Both the position numbers and the translations under genes were made by a program. From assembly GCA_965222075.1 (NCBI GenBank), contig OZ244937.1, positions 3,552,001 through 3,616,000 of the forward strand: a DNA stretch of 64,000 nucleotides, written 5' to 3'. Below, piece after piece: positions 29,184 to 38,895 of this stretch (within the stretch, counting starts at the first letter, position 1; every line of letters begins with the position of its first letter). A model generated the notes under the pieces. The model was given only the letters and a program-made list of their open reading frames with translations, was not told where the DNA came from and searched no databases. The DNA comes from Candidatus Latescibacterota bacterium. GTDB lineage: Bacteria; Latescibacterota; UBA2968; GCA-2709665.

Positions 29184-30041
29184 ATGTCCACCCTCGCCGA
29201 CGCCCTCGCCTGGACCGTCGATGCCCTTCGGGACGCCGGCATCCCAAACCCCCGGGCCGAAGCCGAATGGCTGCTGGCCGACCTGCGCTGCGTCTCCCGG
29301 CCCGAACTCCCCCTCCATGCCCACCAGGTCCTTACTCCAACCCAGCAGCAGCGCCTCCGGACCTCGGTTGGACAACGCCTGAAAAGGATCCCCCTCCAGC
29401 AGGTCCTGGGACAAACCGAATTCTTCTCCTTCCCCTTCAAAATCACCCCCCATGTCCTCATTCCCAGGCCCGAAACCGAGATCCTGGTGGAAACCCTCGT
29501 CAATCGCCTCAAAGGCTGCCCCGCTCCCAGAATTCTTGACATCGGCACCGGATCTGGCGCGGTCGCTGTAGCCCTGGCCCACACCCTGCCTGGAAGCCGA
29601 ATCGTTGCCACGGACCTCTCCGCCGACGCCCTCCAAACCGCCCGGGAAAACGTCCGCCTCAACCGTGTCGCGGATCGCATCGCCTTCCTCCGGGGCGACC
29701 TCCTCTCCCCCTTCTGCTCCCGACCCTTCTTCCACGCCCTCGCCTCCAATCCCCCCTATATCCCCTCAGCCGACCTGACGCGTCTCCAGCCCGAAGTCCG
29801 GGATTTTGAACCCCGCCTCGCCTTAGACGGCGGTCCCGACGGCCTCCGGTTCTACCGCCCCCTTATCTCACAGGCAGGCGCCTGCCTTCTCCGCGGAGGC
29901 TGGCTCGCCCTGGAGGTGGCAGACGGCCAGGCCCCCCGGGTAGCCGCCCTGCTCTCCCGGTGTTCTGAATTCGGGCAGATCGAAACTGTTCGGGACCTCG
30001 GCGGCATAGAACGCGTCCTGCTGGCCAGAAAAAGGGACTGA
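29184..30041 (+). CDS. prmC: Release factor glutamine methyltransferase
   Basis: VLIPRPETE, LDIGTGSG, SNPPY, EPRLALDGG.DGL; follows prfA. Confidence 0.95.
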   Translation: MSTLADALAWTVDALRDAGIPNPRAEAEWLLADLRCVSRPELPLHAHQVLTPTQQQRLRTSVGQRLKRIPLQQVLGQTEFFSFPFKITPHVLIPRPETEILVETLVNRLKGCPAPRILDIGTGSGAVAVALAHTLPGSRIVATDLSADALQTARENVRLNRVADRIAFLRGDLLSPFCSRPFFHALASNPPYIPSADLTRLQPEVRDFEPRLALDGGPDGLRFYRPLISQAGACLLRGGWLALEVADGQAPRVAALLSRCSEFGQIETVRDLGGIERVLLARKRD

Positions 30042-30198
30042 CTTTTGGCCGGTCCACGGTTCAAACCATCCTGCGCACGAGCGGGTATCGCGGAGTGACG
30101 AAATCGAACGCGGCGAGCGGGATGCCCGCGAAAGGTTGAAGGCAACCATGAAGGGGCATCGCAGGTACGTGGCCGGAGAATGAGAAAATAGGGGGCCT

Positions 30199-30966
30199 AT
30201 GCGAATCACAACCTGGAACGTCAACGGGCTGCGCGCGGCCCTGCGCAAGGGATTTGCGGATCATATCGACAAGATCGCGCCGGACGTGCTGCTGCTCCAG
30301 GAAATCCGGACGCTGCCGGAGCAACTTCCCGGAGCGTGGGCTACGCCTTCAGGCTGGCATGTCTGCTGGCATCCTGCAAAGCGAAAAGGCTATTCGGGCA
30401 CCGCGATCTGGGCCCGGTATCCCATCGAAGTAATCGGCACCGGCATCGGAGGCGCCGACCCGGAAGGTCGAATTCTACGGGTACGTGTGCGGGGGGTGCA
30501 ACTCGTCAGCGTCTACCTGCCGTCGGGGTCATCCAGCGAGGAACGGCAGCTCATCAAAGAAGAGGTGTGGATGGTAAACTTCCTGCCCTGGGCGCAGGCC
30601 CTGCTGCCCCTGAACGAACCTGTGGTCCTGGGCGGCGATTTCAACATCGCCCACACAAAGCGGGATATCTTTTACGCGAAAGGCAACGAAAAAAACTCCG
30701 GCTTTCTGCCCCGGGAACGCGCATGGATGGGAGACCTTATCAAAACCGGGTGGCGCGACTTTGTACGGGAACACTACGGGAACACCCAGGGCCCGTACTC
30801 GTGGTGGTCCAACCGGGGACGCGCCCGCGAACTGGACCGGGGGTGGCGCATCGACTATCTGCTCGGCAACGCCGCAACGGCCCGGCGGTTCAAATCGGCT
30901 TACGTCCACCGGGAAGGCGGCTTGACCGTATCCGACCACGCGCCAGTGACGATTGACCTGGTGTGA
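30199..30966 (+). CDS. xth: Exodeoxyribonuclease III
   Basis: TWNVNGLRA, LQE, KGYSG, GDFN.AH, YSWWS.R, GWRIDY, SDHAP. Confidence 0.92.
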   Translation: MRITTWNVNGLRAALRKGFADHIDKIAPDVLLLQEIRTLPEQLPGAWATPSGWHVCWHPAKRKGYSGTAIWARYPIEVIGTGIGGADPEGRILRVRVRGVQLVSVYLPSGSSSEERQLIKEEVWMVNFLPWAQALLPLNEPVVLGGDFNIAHTKRDIFYAKGNEKNSGFLPRERAWMGDLIKTGWRDFVREHYGNTQGPYSWWSNRGRARELDRGWRIDYLLGNAATARRFKSAYVHREGGLTVSDHAPVTIDLV

Positions 30967-31339
30967 GGGGATTCCTCCTCAACAGGAGACACAGGCTGAG
31001 CCGGTCGAGGTGCATAAAGGCCCGAAAGAAGCCAAAGTAGAAGTCTCCGCCGAAGCGTCTGATGTCTCCTTTACAGTCACGGCCTGGGCCATTTGCGCGT
31101 GCGAGGACGACCTGCCGTCGAGTTGGCCTCCACCTTTAATCAATGTCAAGCGAGCGGTGAAGTATGCGCTCAAGACCATGAACGAGGCTGCACAGACTCA
31201 CCTTCCGGCACCCCAAGTGATTTCTGCTCGCATCTTCTCTCGAAAACCGGCGCTTTGGAGCCTTCTCAAGGGCTTCCTGAAGCCTCTTGGGTCTCTCGAA
31301 CCGGTTCTACGTGAATGGGCGACGAACGGAGCACTATAG
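30967..31339 (+). pseudogene. Probable 3' remnant of an unidentified gene
   Basis: Open frame to TAG 31339 with protein-like sequence, no convincing RBS or start and atypical codon usage. Confidence 0.3.
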
Positions 31340-31412
31340 TTACCCAAACGGACCAGGACTTTTTACGAATGCGTCATGATTGAGTACACCTTTTTTTCGA
31401 TACGAAAACCAA

Positions 31413-32990
31413 TCAGTTCGCAACACGCGGCAGTTCATAACACGCGGCTTCCCTGTCGTTTCTAACCAGCAAGTAGAGCCCCGCGAGTACGGGGTTGTTC
31501 CAGGTCTTGCTGTTTAACGCGGAAAGACGGGCGCGTTCCTTAAATTCATCGGGGTTGACGTCAACTAAGACCACATCGCCCGATTCTGCCTGGATAAGCA
31601 GCAGGTCGCCGACCATCATAAGCTGTCCGTGGCCGTACCGGCCCCGTTTCCATCTGCGCCGGCCGTTGGCCAGGTCCAGGCATACAAGAACGCCGTCGTC
31701 CAGCCCGTAAATATACCCGTCCCGGTGGACGACATTGGTGAATTTGGCCTTGAGCCGGGGAGTCTCCCACACTAAGGAAACGCTAAACCCGTTTTTCCCG
31801 TCACGCGAAATTTGAAACAGCTTGCAGCCGATGCCGTAACCGGTTGACACGAAAACGCGGCCTCCCGGCAGGGGCACAGGCTGGGCCACGTGCTGAATAC
31901 CGCCGCCCCTGGGCCAGGGGCGCTGCCAGAGGACCTGGCCGGTGAGTGGATCGTGCGCAGCCACACTGCCGCGGTTGAAGATGAGGATCTGATCGATGCC
32001 TGCAAGGGTTGCCAGGCTGGGAGAGCTGTACCCCGCCGGGCTGTTTCCACCCCCCCAGATAAATTGACCTGTATCTTTGTGATAGGCGACCAGGGATCTG
32101 TTATCGGGGCCTCCTGGGCTCACGATGGCCAGGCTGTCCAGCACAAGGGGTGAGCAGCTCATGCCCCATGTGTTTATTTTGGCGCCGTTCTCTTTCAGGG
32201 TGTCTTTCGACCAGATCTTCCGGCCCGACGCCAGATCCAGGCAGTTGAGAATGCCCGTTGCGCCAAACGTGTACACCCGGTCCTTCACAATCGTGGGCGT
32301 TGCACGGGGGCCAATGCCGGCGATGGTGGACTCGTACCTGGCCGTGTCGCTGTGTCGCCACCGAACCCGGCCGGATTTCAGATCGTAACAGATCACCTGT
32401 TCCTGTTCTCCATGCTGTTCCTGTGTGACGGCGACTTGCCCGGCCACGGCAAAGGCCGACCAGCCGGCCCCAACCGGCTGCCGCCAGACGAGCCGGGGGG
32501 GATGGTTTGACCAGTCAGACATCAGACGAACGCCGGGTAAGGTTGCGTTTCGCTCGGACCCGAGAAACTGAGGGTAGTCGGACGGGCTCCCTGTTGCCGC
32601 CTCGGAAATCTGATCGCCGGGCTGAAGCGTGTGTTCTGTTACGGATGGGTCCCACCGGGATGTCCAGCGCCACTCCGGGATAGGAACCAGATCACCGCTT
32701 ACACCCCGAATGCGGAAAAGCGCCGCAAACAATCCAAGAAACAGGATGACGGCAGCAAAAGAGACCAGACGGACTTTCAGTCTCAGCCGCGAAAATAACA
32801 GGAGCCAGAGGATCAGTAACAGGAGCGTCACTACGAGCAGGCTTGTGGTTTGCATAACCTGCCGCTGCCGGTGCGACGAGTCCGGCGCCCAGATCACAGC
32901 CACAATTAGAATGCTCAACACGGCGATCAGAAGGACAGGCCACCAGCGTATTCCCTTAACAGGGTGTTTTCCCAAAAGAAGTTTTTCCAT
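31413..32990 (-). CDS. Membrane-anchored PQQ-binding-like beta-propeller protein
   Basis: Three N-terminal TM helices, DYPQFLG..R, repeated 'C.DL..G…W' blades, KTWNNPV. Confidence 0.85.
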   Translation of the reverse strand: MEKLLLGKHPVKGIRWWPVLLIAVLSILIVAVIWAPDSSHRQRQVMQTTSLLVVTLLLLILWLLLFSRLRLKVRLVSFAAVILFLGLFAALFRIRGVSGDLVPIPEWRWTSRWDPSVTEHTLQPGDQISEAATGSPSDYPQFLGSERNATLPGVRLMSDWSNHPPRLVWRQPVGAGWSAFAVAGQVAVTQEQHGEQEQVICYDLKSGRVRWRHSDTARYESTIAGIGPRATPTIVKDRVYTFGATGILNCLDLASGRKIWSKDTLKENGAKINTWGMSCSPLVLDSLAIVSPGGPDNRSLVAYHKDTGQFIWGGGNSPAGYSSPSLATLAGIDQILIFNRGSVAAHDPLTGQVLWQRPWPRGGGIQHVAQPVPLPGGRVFVSTGYGIGCKLFQISRDGKNGFSVSLVWETPRLKAKFTNVVHRDGYIYGLDDGVLVCLDLANGRRRWKRGRYGHGQLMMVGDLLLIQAESGDVVLVDVNPDEFKERARLSALNSKTWNNPVLAGLYLLVRNDREAACYELPRVAN

Positions 32991-33093
32991 GAAGAGCATT
33001 GTTGCGATTCCCCTCAGTTTATGGGTTGTTCCGGTCCCGGCCCGGGCGGAATCCGGCGCCGATTCCATGAAGTTCTGGCCCCAGTGGCGGGGG
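32989..33093 (+). pseudogene. 5' remnant of a second PQQ-like beta-propeller gene
   Basis: MKSIVAIPLSLWVVPVPARAESGADSMKFWPQWRG: signal-like stretch plus the family's WPQWRG motif, cut off next to the 3' end of the phosphodiesterase gene. Confidence 0.55.
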
Positions 33094-33101
33094 GTGGACG
33101 T

Positions 33102-35024
33102 TTATTTTTCGCGTTTCTCAAGTGCGGTGAGGGGCCAGTCGGGGTCGCGGAGGGCGCCGTAGATGACCCCCCCTTCGGCCTGTTTGGGCATCGGCGCGCC
33201 CAACAGGTAGCAGATGGTGGGGGCGACGTCAACCACGCGTACCTGGCGATTGAGCAGGCCCGCCCGGCGCACGCCCGCACCGGCCATGACAAAGGTGGAA
33301 TGCTGTCCCCCCATTCCAAAGCTGACCGAGGGGAGCTGTTTGCCGTGCGCGCCGTCGAATTCGGGCCGGAGCGCGTAGACGACATCTCCGACCAGGTCGC
33401 TCCAGAGGTTCACCATTTCCGCATCCGCCCGGGTGAGGGCCAGCGCAAAAGGGTGCCGGCCCGTCTTTGGGTCTTTGTATTCATACAGCGCGGCGATGAT
33501 TTCGCGCTGTACGGCCTCGTAGTCTTTCCTCGATACAATTCCCCCCGGTTCCCTTCCCTTCAGATTGATGAAGATGTGGACCAGGCCCACGTTGGCGGCC
33601 CGGGTGCGGCGCCAGTCGATTTCCCGGTTTGTTCCGCGCCCTTTGTAGACCAGGAATCCGGTTTGTTCCAGTACGTCGGCAATGTTTACAGCGCCGAACT
33701 GCTGTGAGGTCCCGCCGTGGTCCGATACGACGGCGAAGACGGTTTCGTCGTCCATCAGGCTCATCAAGCGGCCGACCATGCGGTCGATGGACGCATAGGT
33801 CCGGGCGACGCCCTGCCGGGAGCGCTTCAGCACCGCCGGGGTGGCGCCGCTGGTGGGGTCGGCCTGGCCTAAGAAGAAATGGCTGGTGTAGTCCGAGGCG
33901 TGCGTTTCCACCATCAGCAGATCCCAGTCACGGGAGCCGGCCAGGTAGTCGGCCACGTCGGCGAGGCGCTGGTGGTGGAATTCCAGGAGCTCAAAGTAGG
34001 TGTCGTCGTCAATCAGGCCCAGGGCGTCCCGGGCGGGGTTCTGGAGGAAGTTGCCCACGTGGCGGTCGATTTCTCGGGCAACGCTTTTGGGATGGGTGTA
34101 GCCGTCTGGCGGCCAGATCTGGGGCACAAAGAGCTCGAACATGTTCGCAGACCGGGTCAGGGTGATAAGTTTCATCCGGACATAGCCCCTGACTCTTTTT
34201 TTGTCGATTTCGAAGGCGTCGAGCCACCAGTCGCTCCATTCGCCCACGCCCAGGTCGGCCACTGCTTTTCGCCCATCCCGCGTTCGGCAGACCCGCACCC
34301 GGTCGTAGCCCCTGCTGGTTGAGGCGTAGATCAGGCCGTAGAAGGACACCGGCGTCCCTTTTTTTCCCCGGTTCATCGGCTCCCGCCCCCGGGCCAGGGG
34401 CTGGAGGGTGAGCACCACCTCTTTGGGGGGCCGCTTCGATGCGGGGAGGTTGCGCCAGCCTGTTGCCGGATCGATGGAGACGGGGTCGAATTCCCGGACG
34501 GTCTGCAGGGCGCTGGGGTCCAGGGTTTCCGGGTCGCGCTGCGAGACAAGCCGTCGGGGGGCCCATTTCCCGCCGACAAACAGGTGGTAGCCCGCAACTT
34601 GGTGGTGATTGGAAACACCGGGGCCGGTACCTTCCACCTGTACCCCTTTTTTGACCGTGGGCGGCCAGGACATTTCCCACTTGACCAGTATGGGAGTTTT
34701 GCCCGCCCGCTCCATGGTGTTCCAGATGTATTCCGATTCGGACAGGCCGGTGTTGATGCCCCACACGGTTTGATCGAGCCGGCGGCCCGGGGCATGGATG
34801 TTGAAGTCCATTATTTTGTGGGTGCCCGGCCAGGAGCCGGTGGACAGGGCCGTCCAGCCCGGCGGGGTCAGCGTGGGAAAGACGCCCACCATCGGCTGCC
34901 AGACGCCCCGTTTGATCAAAGATCCGATATTGGGGGCATAGCCAGCGTCGACCATGTTTTTGACGATTTCCATGCTGGCACCGTCCATTCCAACGACGAT
35001 CGCACGCCTGGCGGGACTCTGCAT
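33102..35024 (-). CDS. Alkaline phosphatase superfamily nucleotide pyrophosphatase/phosphodiesterase
   Basis: GMDGAS, PTLTPPGW..LSTG (Thr nucleophile), SDHG, DVAPTI. ATG 35024 with GGAGG RBS. Confidence 0.85.
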   Translation of the reverse strand: MQSPARRAIVVGMDGASMEIVKNMVDAGYAPNIGSLIKRGVWQPMVGVFPTLTPPGWTALSTGSWPGTHKIMDFNIHAPGRRLDQTVWGINTGLSESEYIWNTMERAGKTPILVKWEMSWPPTVKKGVQVEGTGPGVSNHHQVAGYHLFVGGKWAPRRLVSQRDPETLDPSALQTVREFDPVSIDPATGWRNLPASKRPPKEVVLTLQPLARGREPMNRGKKGTPVSFYGLIYASTSRGYDRVRVCRTRDGRKAVADLGVGEWSDWWLDAFEIDKKRVRGYVRMKLITLTRSANMFELFVPQIWPPDGYTHPKSVAREIDRHVGNFLQNPARDALGLIDDDTYFELLEFHHQRLADVADYLAGSRDWDLLMVETHASDYTSHFFLGQADPTSGATPAVLKRSRQGVARTYASIDRMVGRLMSLMDDETVFAVVSDHGGTSQQFGAVNIADVLEQTGFLVYKGRGTNREIDWRRTRAANVGLVHIFINLKGREPGGIVSRKDYEAVQREIIAALYEYKDPKTGRHPFALALTRADAEMVNLWSDLVGDVVYALRPEFDGAHGKQLPSVSFGMGGQHSTFVMAGAGVRRAGLLNRQVRVVDVAPTICYLLGAPMPKQAEGGVIYGALRDPDWPLTALEKREK

Positions 35025-35104
35025 AGGAACCTCCGTTTCGGTTGGATTTAAAGGAAGGACACGGAAGGGAGCTTGATTTGAACGGACCATCGACCGGATC
35101 GGCC

Positions 35105-36163
35105 TTAAACCGCATTTTCGTCCAGGGGGAGATCGATCCGGATGTTTCCTTTTTTCTGAGAGGCCATGAAACCGAGGAGGATTTCCAGGGCTTTTCGGGC
35201 CTCGCGCGGAGGGGAGATGGTCTGGCCGCCGTTTTCGATGGCGCCGATGATTTCCCGTATGGCGGAGGAGGTGTCGAAGCAGGTGAGCGATGCGGCCGGG
35301 AGAGGCCGGACCCCACCTGACGTTCCCACTTGGGCGAACTGCTCGTCGAAGGAGATCCAGCCCTCGGTTCCGGTCAATTCGGTGCTGCGCCGGCGTGAGA
35401 GGTACTTGGACCCGTTGTAGAAAGCCCGGACGCCGTTTTTGAAATGGATGTACCCGGTGCAGCCGGGTTCCAGGTCCGGGTTGCGGCCGCCGTCGCCCCG
35501 GTAGGGCCAGTAATCCTCATATCCCTCGTCCAACTCGGCAAAGACCCACTCGGGGTCCGAGTCCGCCAGGAAACAGATCAGGTCTATCATGTGCGTTCCG
35601 TTTCGGAAGAGCATGGCGCGGGGGCTGCCGAAGGTGAGGACGATGCGTTTGAGTTCCCCGATCGTCCCTTTTTCGATTTCTGCTTTGATCTGGCGAAAGA
35701 GGGGCTTCCAGCGGCGCGAATGGTTCACGCTCATAACGGCGTTGTTGCGCTCTACCGCTTCAATCATGCGGTCCGCGTCGGCCAGGGAGGTGGCGATGGG
35801 CTTTTCGCAGTAGATCCCCCTGACGCCGGATTCGGCCGCATCTACCACGATGTCCGCATGCCGGTTGTCCGAGGTGACCACGCTCAAGAGGTCGGGCTGC
35901 TGCTCGGCGATCATCTCTGTGTAGTCGGTATAGCCTTTCACACCCGGACAGCGGTTGGACCAGCCGGCCATGAAGTCGTCGATTTTTTCCTGGACGAGGT
36001 CGCAGACGCCCACGATTTCGGTTTCGGGCAAGAATGAATAGGCCCCGGCGTGCGAATGCGGCATGGAAGGGCCGAATCCGTGCTGGCCATCGGCCGGGGG
36101 ATTACCGGCGCCGATGCCGGTGAGGCCCACGATGCAGACGCGATAGGGTTTGTTTTCAGGCAT
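35105..36163 (-). CDS. Gfo/Idh/MocA family oxidoreductase
   Basis: VGLTGIG, CEKPIA, NHSRRW, GTH.ID. Confidence 0.88.
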   Translation of the reverse strand: MPENKPYRVCIVGLTGIGAGNPPADGQHGFGPSMPHSHAGAYSFLPETEIVGVCDLVQEKIDDFMAGWSNRCPGVKGYTDYTEMIAEQQPDLLSVVTSDNRHADIVVDAAESGVRGIYCEKPIATSLADADRMIEAVERNNAVMSVNHSRRWKPLFRQIKAEIEKGTIGELKRIVLTFGSPRAMLFRNGTHMIDLICFLADSDPEWVFAELDEGYEDYWPYRGDGGRNPDLEPGCTGYIHFKNGVRAFYNGSKYLSRRRSTELTGTEGWISFDEQFAQVGTSGGVRPLPAASLTCFDTSSAIREIIGAIENGGQTISPPREARKALEILLGFMASQKKGNIRIDLPLDENAV

Positions 36164-36190
36164 TTCCACTCCTTATAGATGTGGTGGTTT

Positions 36191-37510
36191 TCAGATGTTC
36201 CCCAACACCTCCCGCGTTCGCTCCAGGGTGAGGTCAATGTCCTCTTCGGTATGCGCCAGAGAGATGCTGCCCTGTTTGGTGGGCAAGGGGAAGTGGTAGA
36301 CGCCCGTCCCGATGAGGGCGGTGCGGTAGCAGCCGTCAAAGTCGAAGTCGTGATGGTCTGCAATGTCGTGCCAGTCCACGGGTTCGTGGTCCATAAAGTA
36401 GGCGCAGAAGGCGGAGCCCTGCCGGCAGACCGTTGCCCCGCGTTCCGCGAACAGGCCTTCCAGCCCCTTTTGCATCCGCTCTCCCAGGCTGTAGAGGTGT
36501 TCGTAGTTCTCTGTTTCATTTTTTGCGAGCTTTTCTACGGTTGCTATGGTGGCGGCGCAGGGGATGGGATGGGCGTTGTAGGTACCTGCGATGAGCACCC
36601 GGCGGGACGGGTCCGGGTGGACGAAGTAGTCCATGAGGTCGGTGCGCCCGCCAATGGCCCCGATGGGATAGCCGTTGGCCAGGGCTTTGCCGAAGATGGA
36701 GAGGTCGGGCCTTATGCCGCAGAGGCTCTGGTAGCCGCCGAGCGCATGCCGGAAGCCGGTTTTGACTTCGTCAAAGACGAGTACGACGCCGGCCTCATCG
36801 CAGAGTTGCCGCAGGCCCTCAAGGTAGCCCGGCTGCGGTTTGACAATGCCGATGTTTTGTAAGACAGGCTCTAAGATGAGGGCGGCGATGGGATGCCGGT
36901 CGATGACGTAGCGGACGGAGGCCAGGTCGTTGTAGTTGACGACATGGATGTCCCGGAGGACGTGGCCGGGCACGCCCGCCGAGAGGGGAACGACTTTGTA
37001 TTCTCCGGGGGAGACGCGGGGGCCGACCGCGTCGAGAGGGGTCATGACGTTGACCGCCACATCGTTGTGCCAGCCGTTGTAGCCGCCCTGCACGACGAGG
37101 ATGCCGTCCCGTCCCGTGTGCGCCCTGGCAATGCGTATGGCGTGGTAGGAGGCTTCGGAGCCGGTGTTGGTGAGCATGACCTTTTCGACGGAGAGGACAT
37201 GCTGTACGATCAGTTCTGCGGTGCGGCCTTCCCAGGGGTTGGTACCAGATCCCATCAGCGAGGCGCCCTCTTTTAGGCACCGATGGACGGCAGCGTTCAC
37301 GTCGGGATCGTTGTGGCCCAGGATGTAGGGGGCGAATGCAGCGTGGTAGTCGATGTATTCGTTCCCGTCCGCGTCCCACACCCGGCTGCCCAGGCCGCGC
37401 ACGAAGGCGATTTCCGGCTCTACGGCCCGGTTGACGGAGACAACGCCTCCGGAGATGACGCGGCGGTTGGCTTTGAAGATGGATGCGGATTTCGCGCCCT
37501 GGGAGGACAT
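36191..37510 (-). CDS. Class III PLP aminotransferase (GSA aminomutase-like)
   Basis: DADGNEYIDY, NTGSEA, FDEVKTGFR, FGKALANGYP, GTYNAHP. Confidence 0.88.
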   Translation of the reverse strand: MSSQGAKSASIFKANRRVISGGVVSVNRAVEPEIAFVRGLGSRVWDADGNEYIDYHAAFAPYILGHNDPDVNAAVHRCLKEGASLMGSGTNPWEGRTAELIVQHVLSVEKVMLTNTGSEASYHAIRIARAHTGRDGILVVQGGYNGWHNDVAVNVMTPLDAVGPRVSPGEYKVVPLSAGVPGHVLRDIHVVNYNDLASVRYVIDRHPIAALILEPVLQNIGIVKPQPGYLEGLRQLCDEAGVVLVFDEVKTGFRHALGGYQSLCGIRPDLSIFGKALANGYPIGAIGGRTDLMDYFVHPDPSRRVLIAGTYNAHPIPCAATIATVEKLAKNETENYEHLYSLGERMQKGLEGLFAERGATVCRQGSAFCAYFMDHEPVDWHDIADHHDFDFDGCYRTALIGTGVYHFPLPTKQGSISLAHTEEDIDLTLERTREVLGNI

Positions 37511-37551
37511 ACACGCTCCTTCTGTATTCCAGGGTGGGGAAGGGAGGGACG

Positions 37552-38520
37552 TCAGCAGATCATGCCGCGTTTGGACCGGATGCCGTGTGCGGACGGGTTT
37601 GCGCCGACCCAGCGCTCGTCCTGCGACTCGGATGCGAGCTGATAGCGGGAGTCCGAGGAGGTGCGGATGCGGTCTGTGTGATTGTCCGAGCTGGCGTGCA
37701 TGGTGTACATGCTGAAGACCAGCAGGTCGCCGAGTTTGTAATCCGCTGTCAGCCAGCGCCCGCCGAGTTTGTCGCGAACTTCCACAGCATCGGTGGAATA
37801 CGAGCCGGTGGAGTTCCACCTGATCCGGGATCTTTCTTCGGACGTAAGTTCGTGGTTTTCCGCCCTGGCGGTTTCGACGATCTGCGCCGCGTCGCCTTCG
37901 TTTTCACAGTATTTGTCCACGTCGGTTTGTCCGTAGGTCTGTTTGAGTTCGTCGAGACGGTGGGAGTGCTCCAGGAGCATCAGGCCGCCCATTTCGTAAG
38001 GGACGTCGCCTAAGGGCGTCCAGGAGGTGTACAGGTTTTTGGTGCCCCGTCCCATGTACACGATGTCGTAATGGGGCTGCGTTGGCGGTGTGATGCCGGG
38101 GGCTTTGACGCGGAACCAGGTGTAGTCGAAGTGGGCTACGGGGCCGCCCAGAAAACGTTCGTAGAAGGCGATCATGGGGCCGGAATAGAGCAGTTTCATA
38201 AGGGGCGGATTTTTGCGGGTGATGTCGTACATACCACCGATTTTGCCGCCGATCCTGTAAACGCCCTCCATGAGGGGATAGCGCTCGTCCAGCGCTCCCA
38301 GCGCGGCCAGGCGCTCCATGACTTCCCGACGGGCGGCCAGGACATCGTCCCTATCCAGCAGGCCAGGGAGGTAGATGTACCCGTCTTCGGCCATGCGCGC
38401 CTGGAGGACGTCCCGGTCGCTCAGGATGTCGTCAGACCTGCGTAGTTCACCGAAACAGTCCGTGGAGTCTCCCAGCCTGCTGCCGCAAAAGGTGAGCTCG
38501 AACATTTTTTCCACGCCCAT
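37552..38520 (-). CDS. PhyH-family Fe(II)/2-oxoglutarate dioxygenase
   Basis: PHYD (HxD), WTPLGD…GGL, distal MHAS and R.SSDSRYQ. Confidence 0.85.
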   Translation of the reverse strand: MGVEKMFELTFCGSRLGDSTDCFGELRRSDDILSDRDVLQARMAEDGYIYLPGLLDRDDVLAARREVMERLAALGALDERYPLMEGVYRIGGKIGGMYDITRKNPPLMKLLYSGPMIAFYERFLGGPVAHFDYTWFRVKAPGITPPTQPHYDIVYMGRGTKNLYTSWTPLGDVPYEMGGLMLLEHSHRLDELKQTYGQTDVDKYCENEGDAAQIVETARAENHELTSEERSRIRWNSTGSYSTDAVEVRDKLGGRWLTADYKLGDLLVFSMYTMHASSDNHTDRIRTSSDSRYQLASESQDERWVGANPSAHGIRSKRGMIC

Positions 38521-38895
38521 AAACAGGATCTCCTTCTTTCGCATTGTGCTTACAGCACAACAAGGACCGGCTCCCTTCAACGTGACACGTCGACTTGTTG
38601 CACATTAATTATGCGGAAAAAGCAGAAAAGATACAAGTTAAAAGAGACGCGCTGTGCAGTTCCCGTCCGCCGGATCTGGGGGGTTACCAGTATATTTCGG
38701 ATGTCGGTCCGGTGGTCGTAAACGGGAAAACCCATGGGTGTCTCCTTCCTGGTCTCTGGGTGCGGTTGTCGACAAGTGAATTTTCTGGGAGGTTTTGAGC
38801 CGGGAATATATTATAATTCGGTCCGGTACGTCGGTAAAATAGAAGGATGTCAAACGCTAATTGGACCGTGTTTGGTCCGAAAACTGGAGGAGGCT

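Noticed and set aside
30050-30130. tRNA-like GGTTCAAACC
   Set aside because: No cloverleaf, D-arm or acceptor stem could be built.
36191-37510. Calling the aminotransferase hemL
   Set aside because: The context is catabolic with no tetrapyrrole genes, so only a family-level call is supportable.
37511-37819. N-terminal extension of the aminotransferase
   Set aside because: Overlaps the PhyH gene; ATG 37510 has an AAGGAG RBS.
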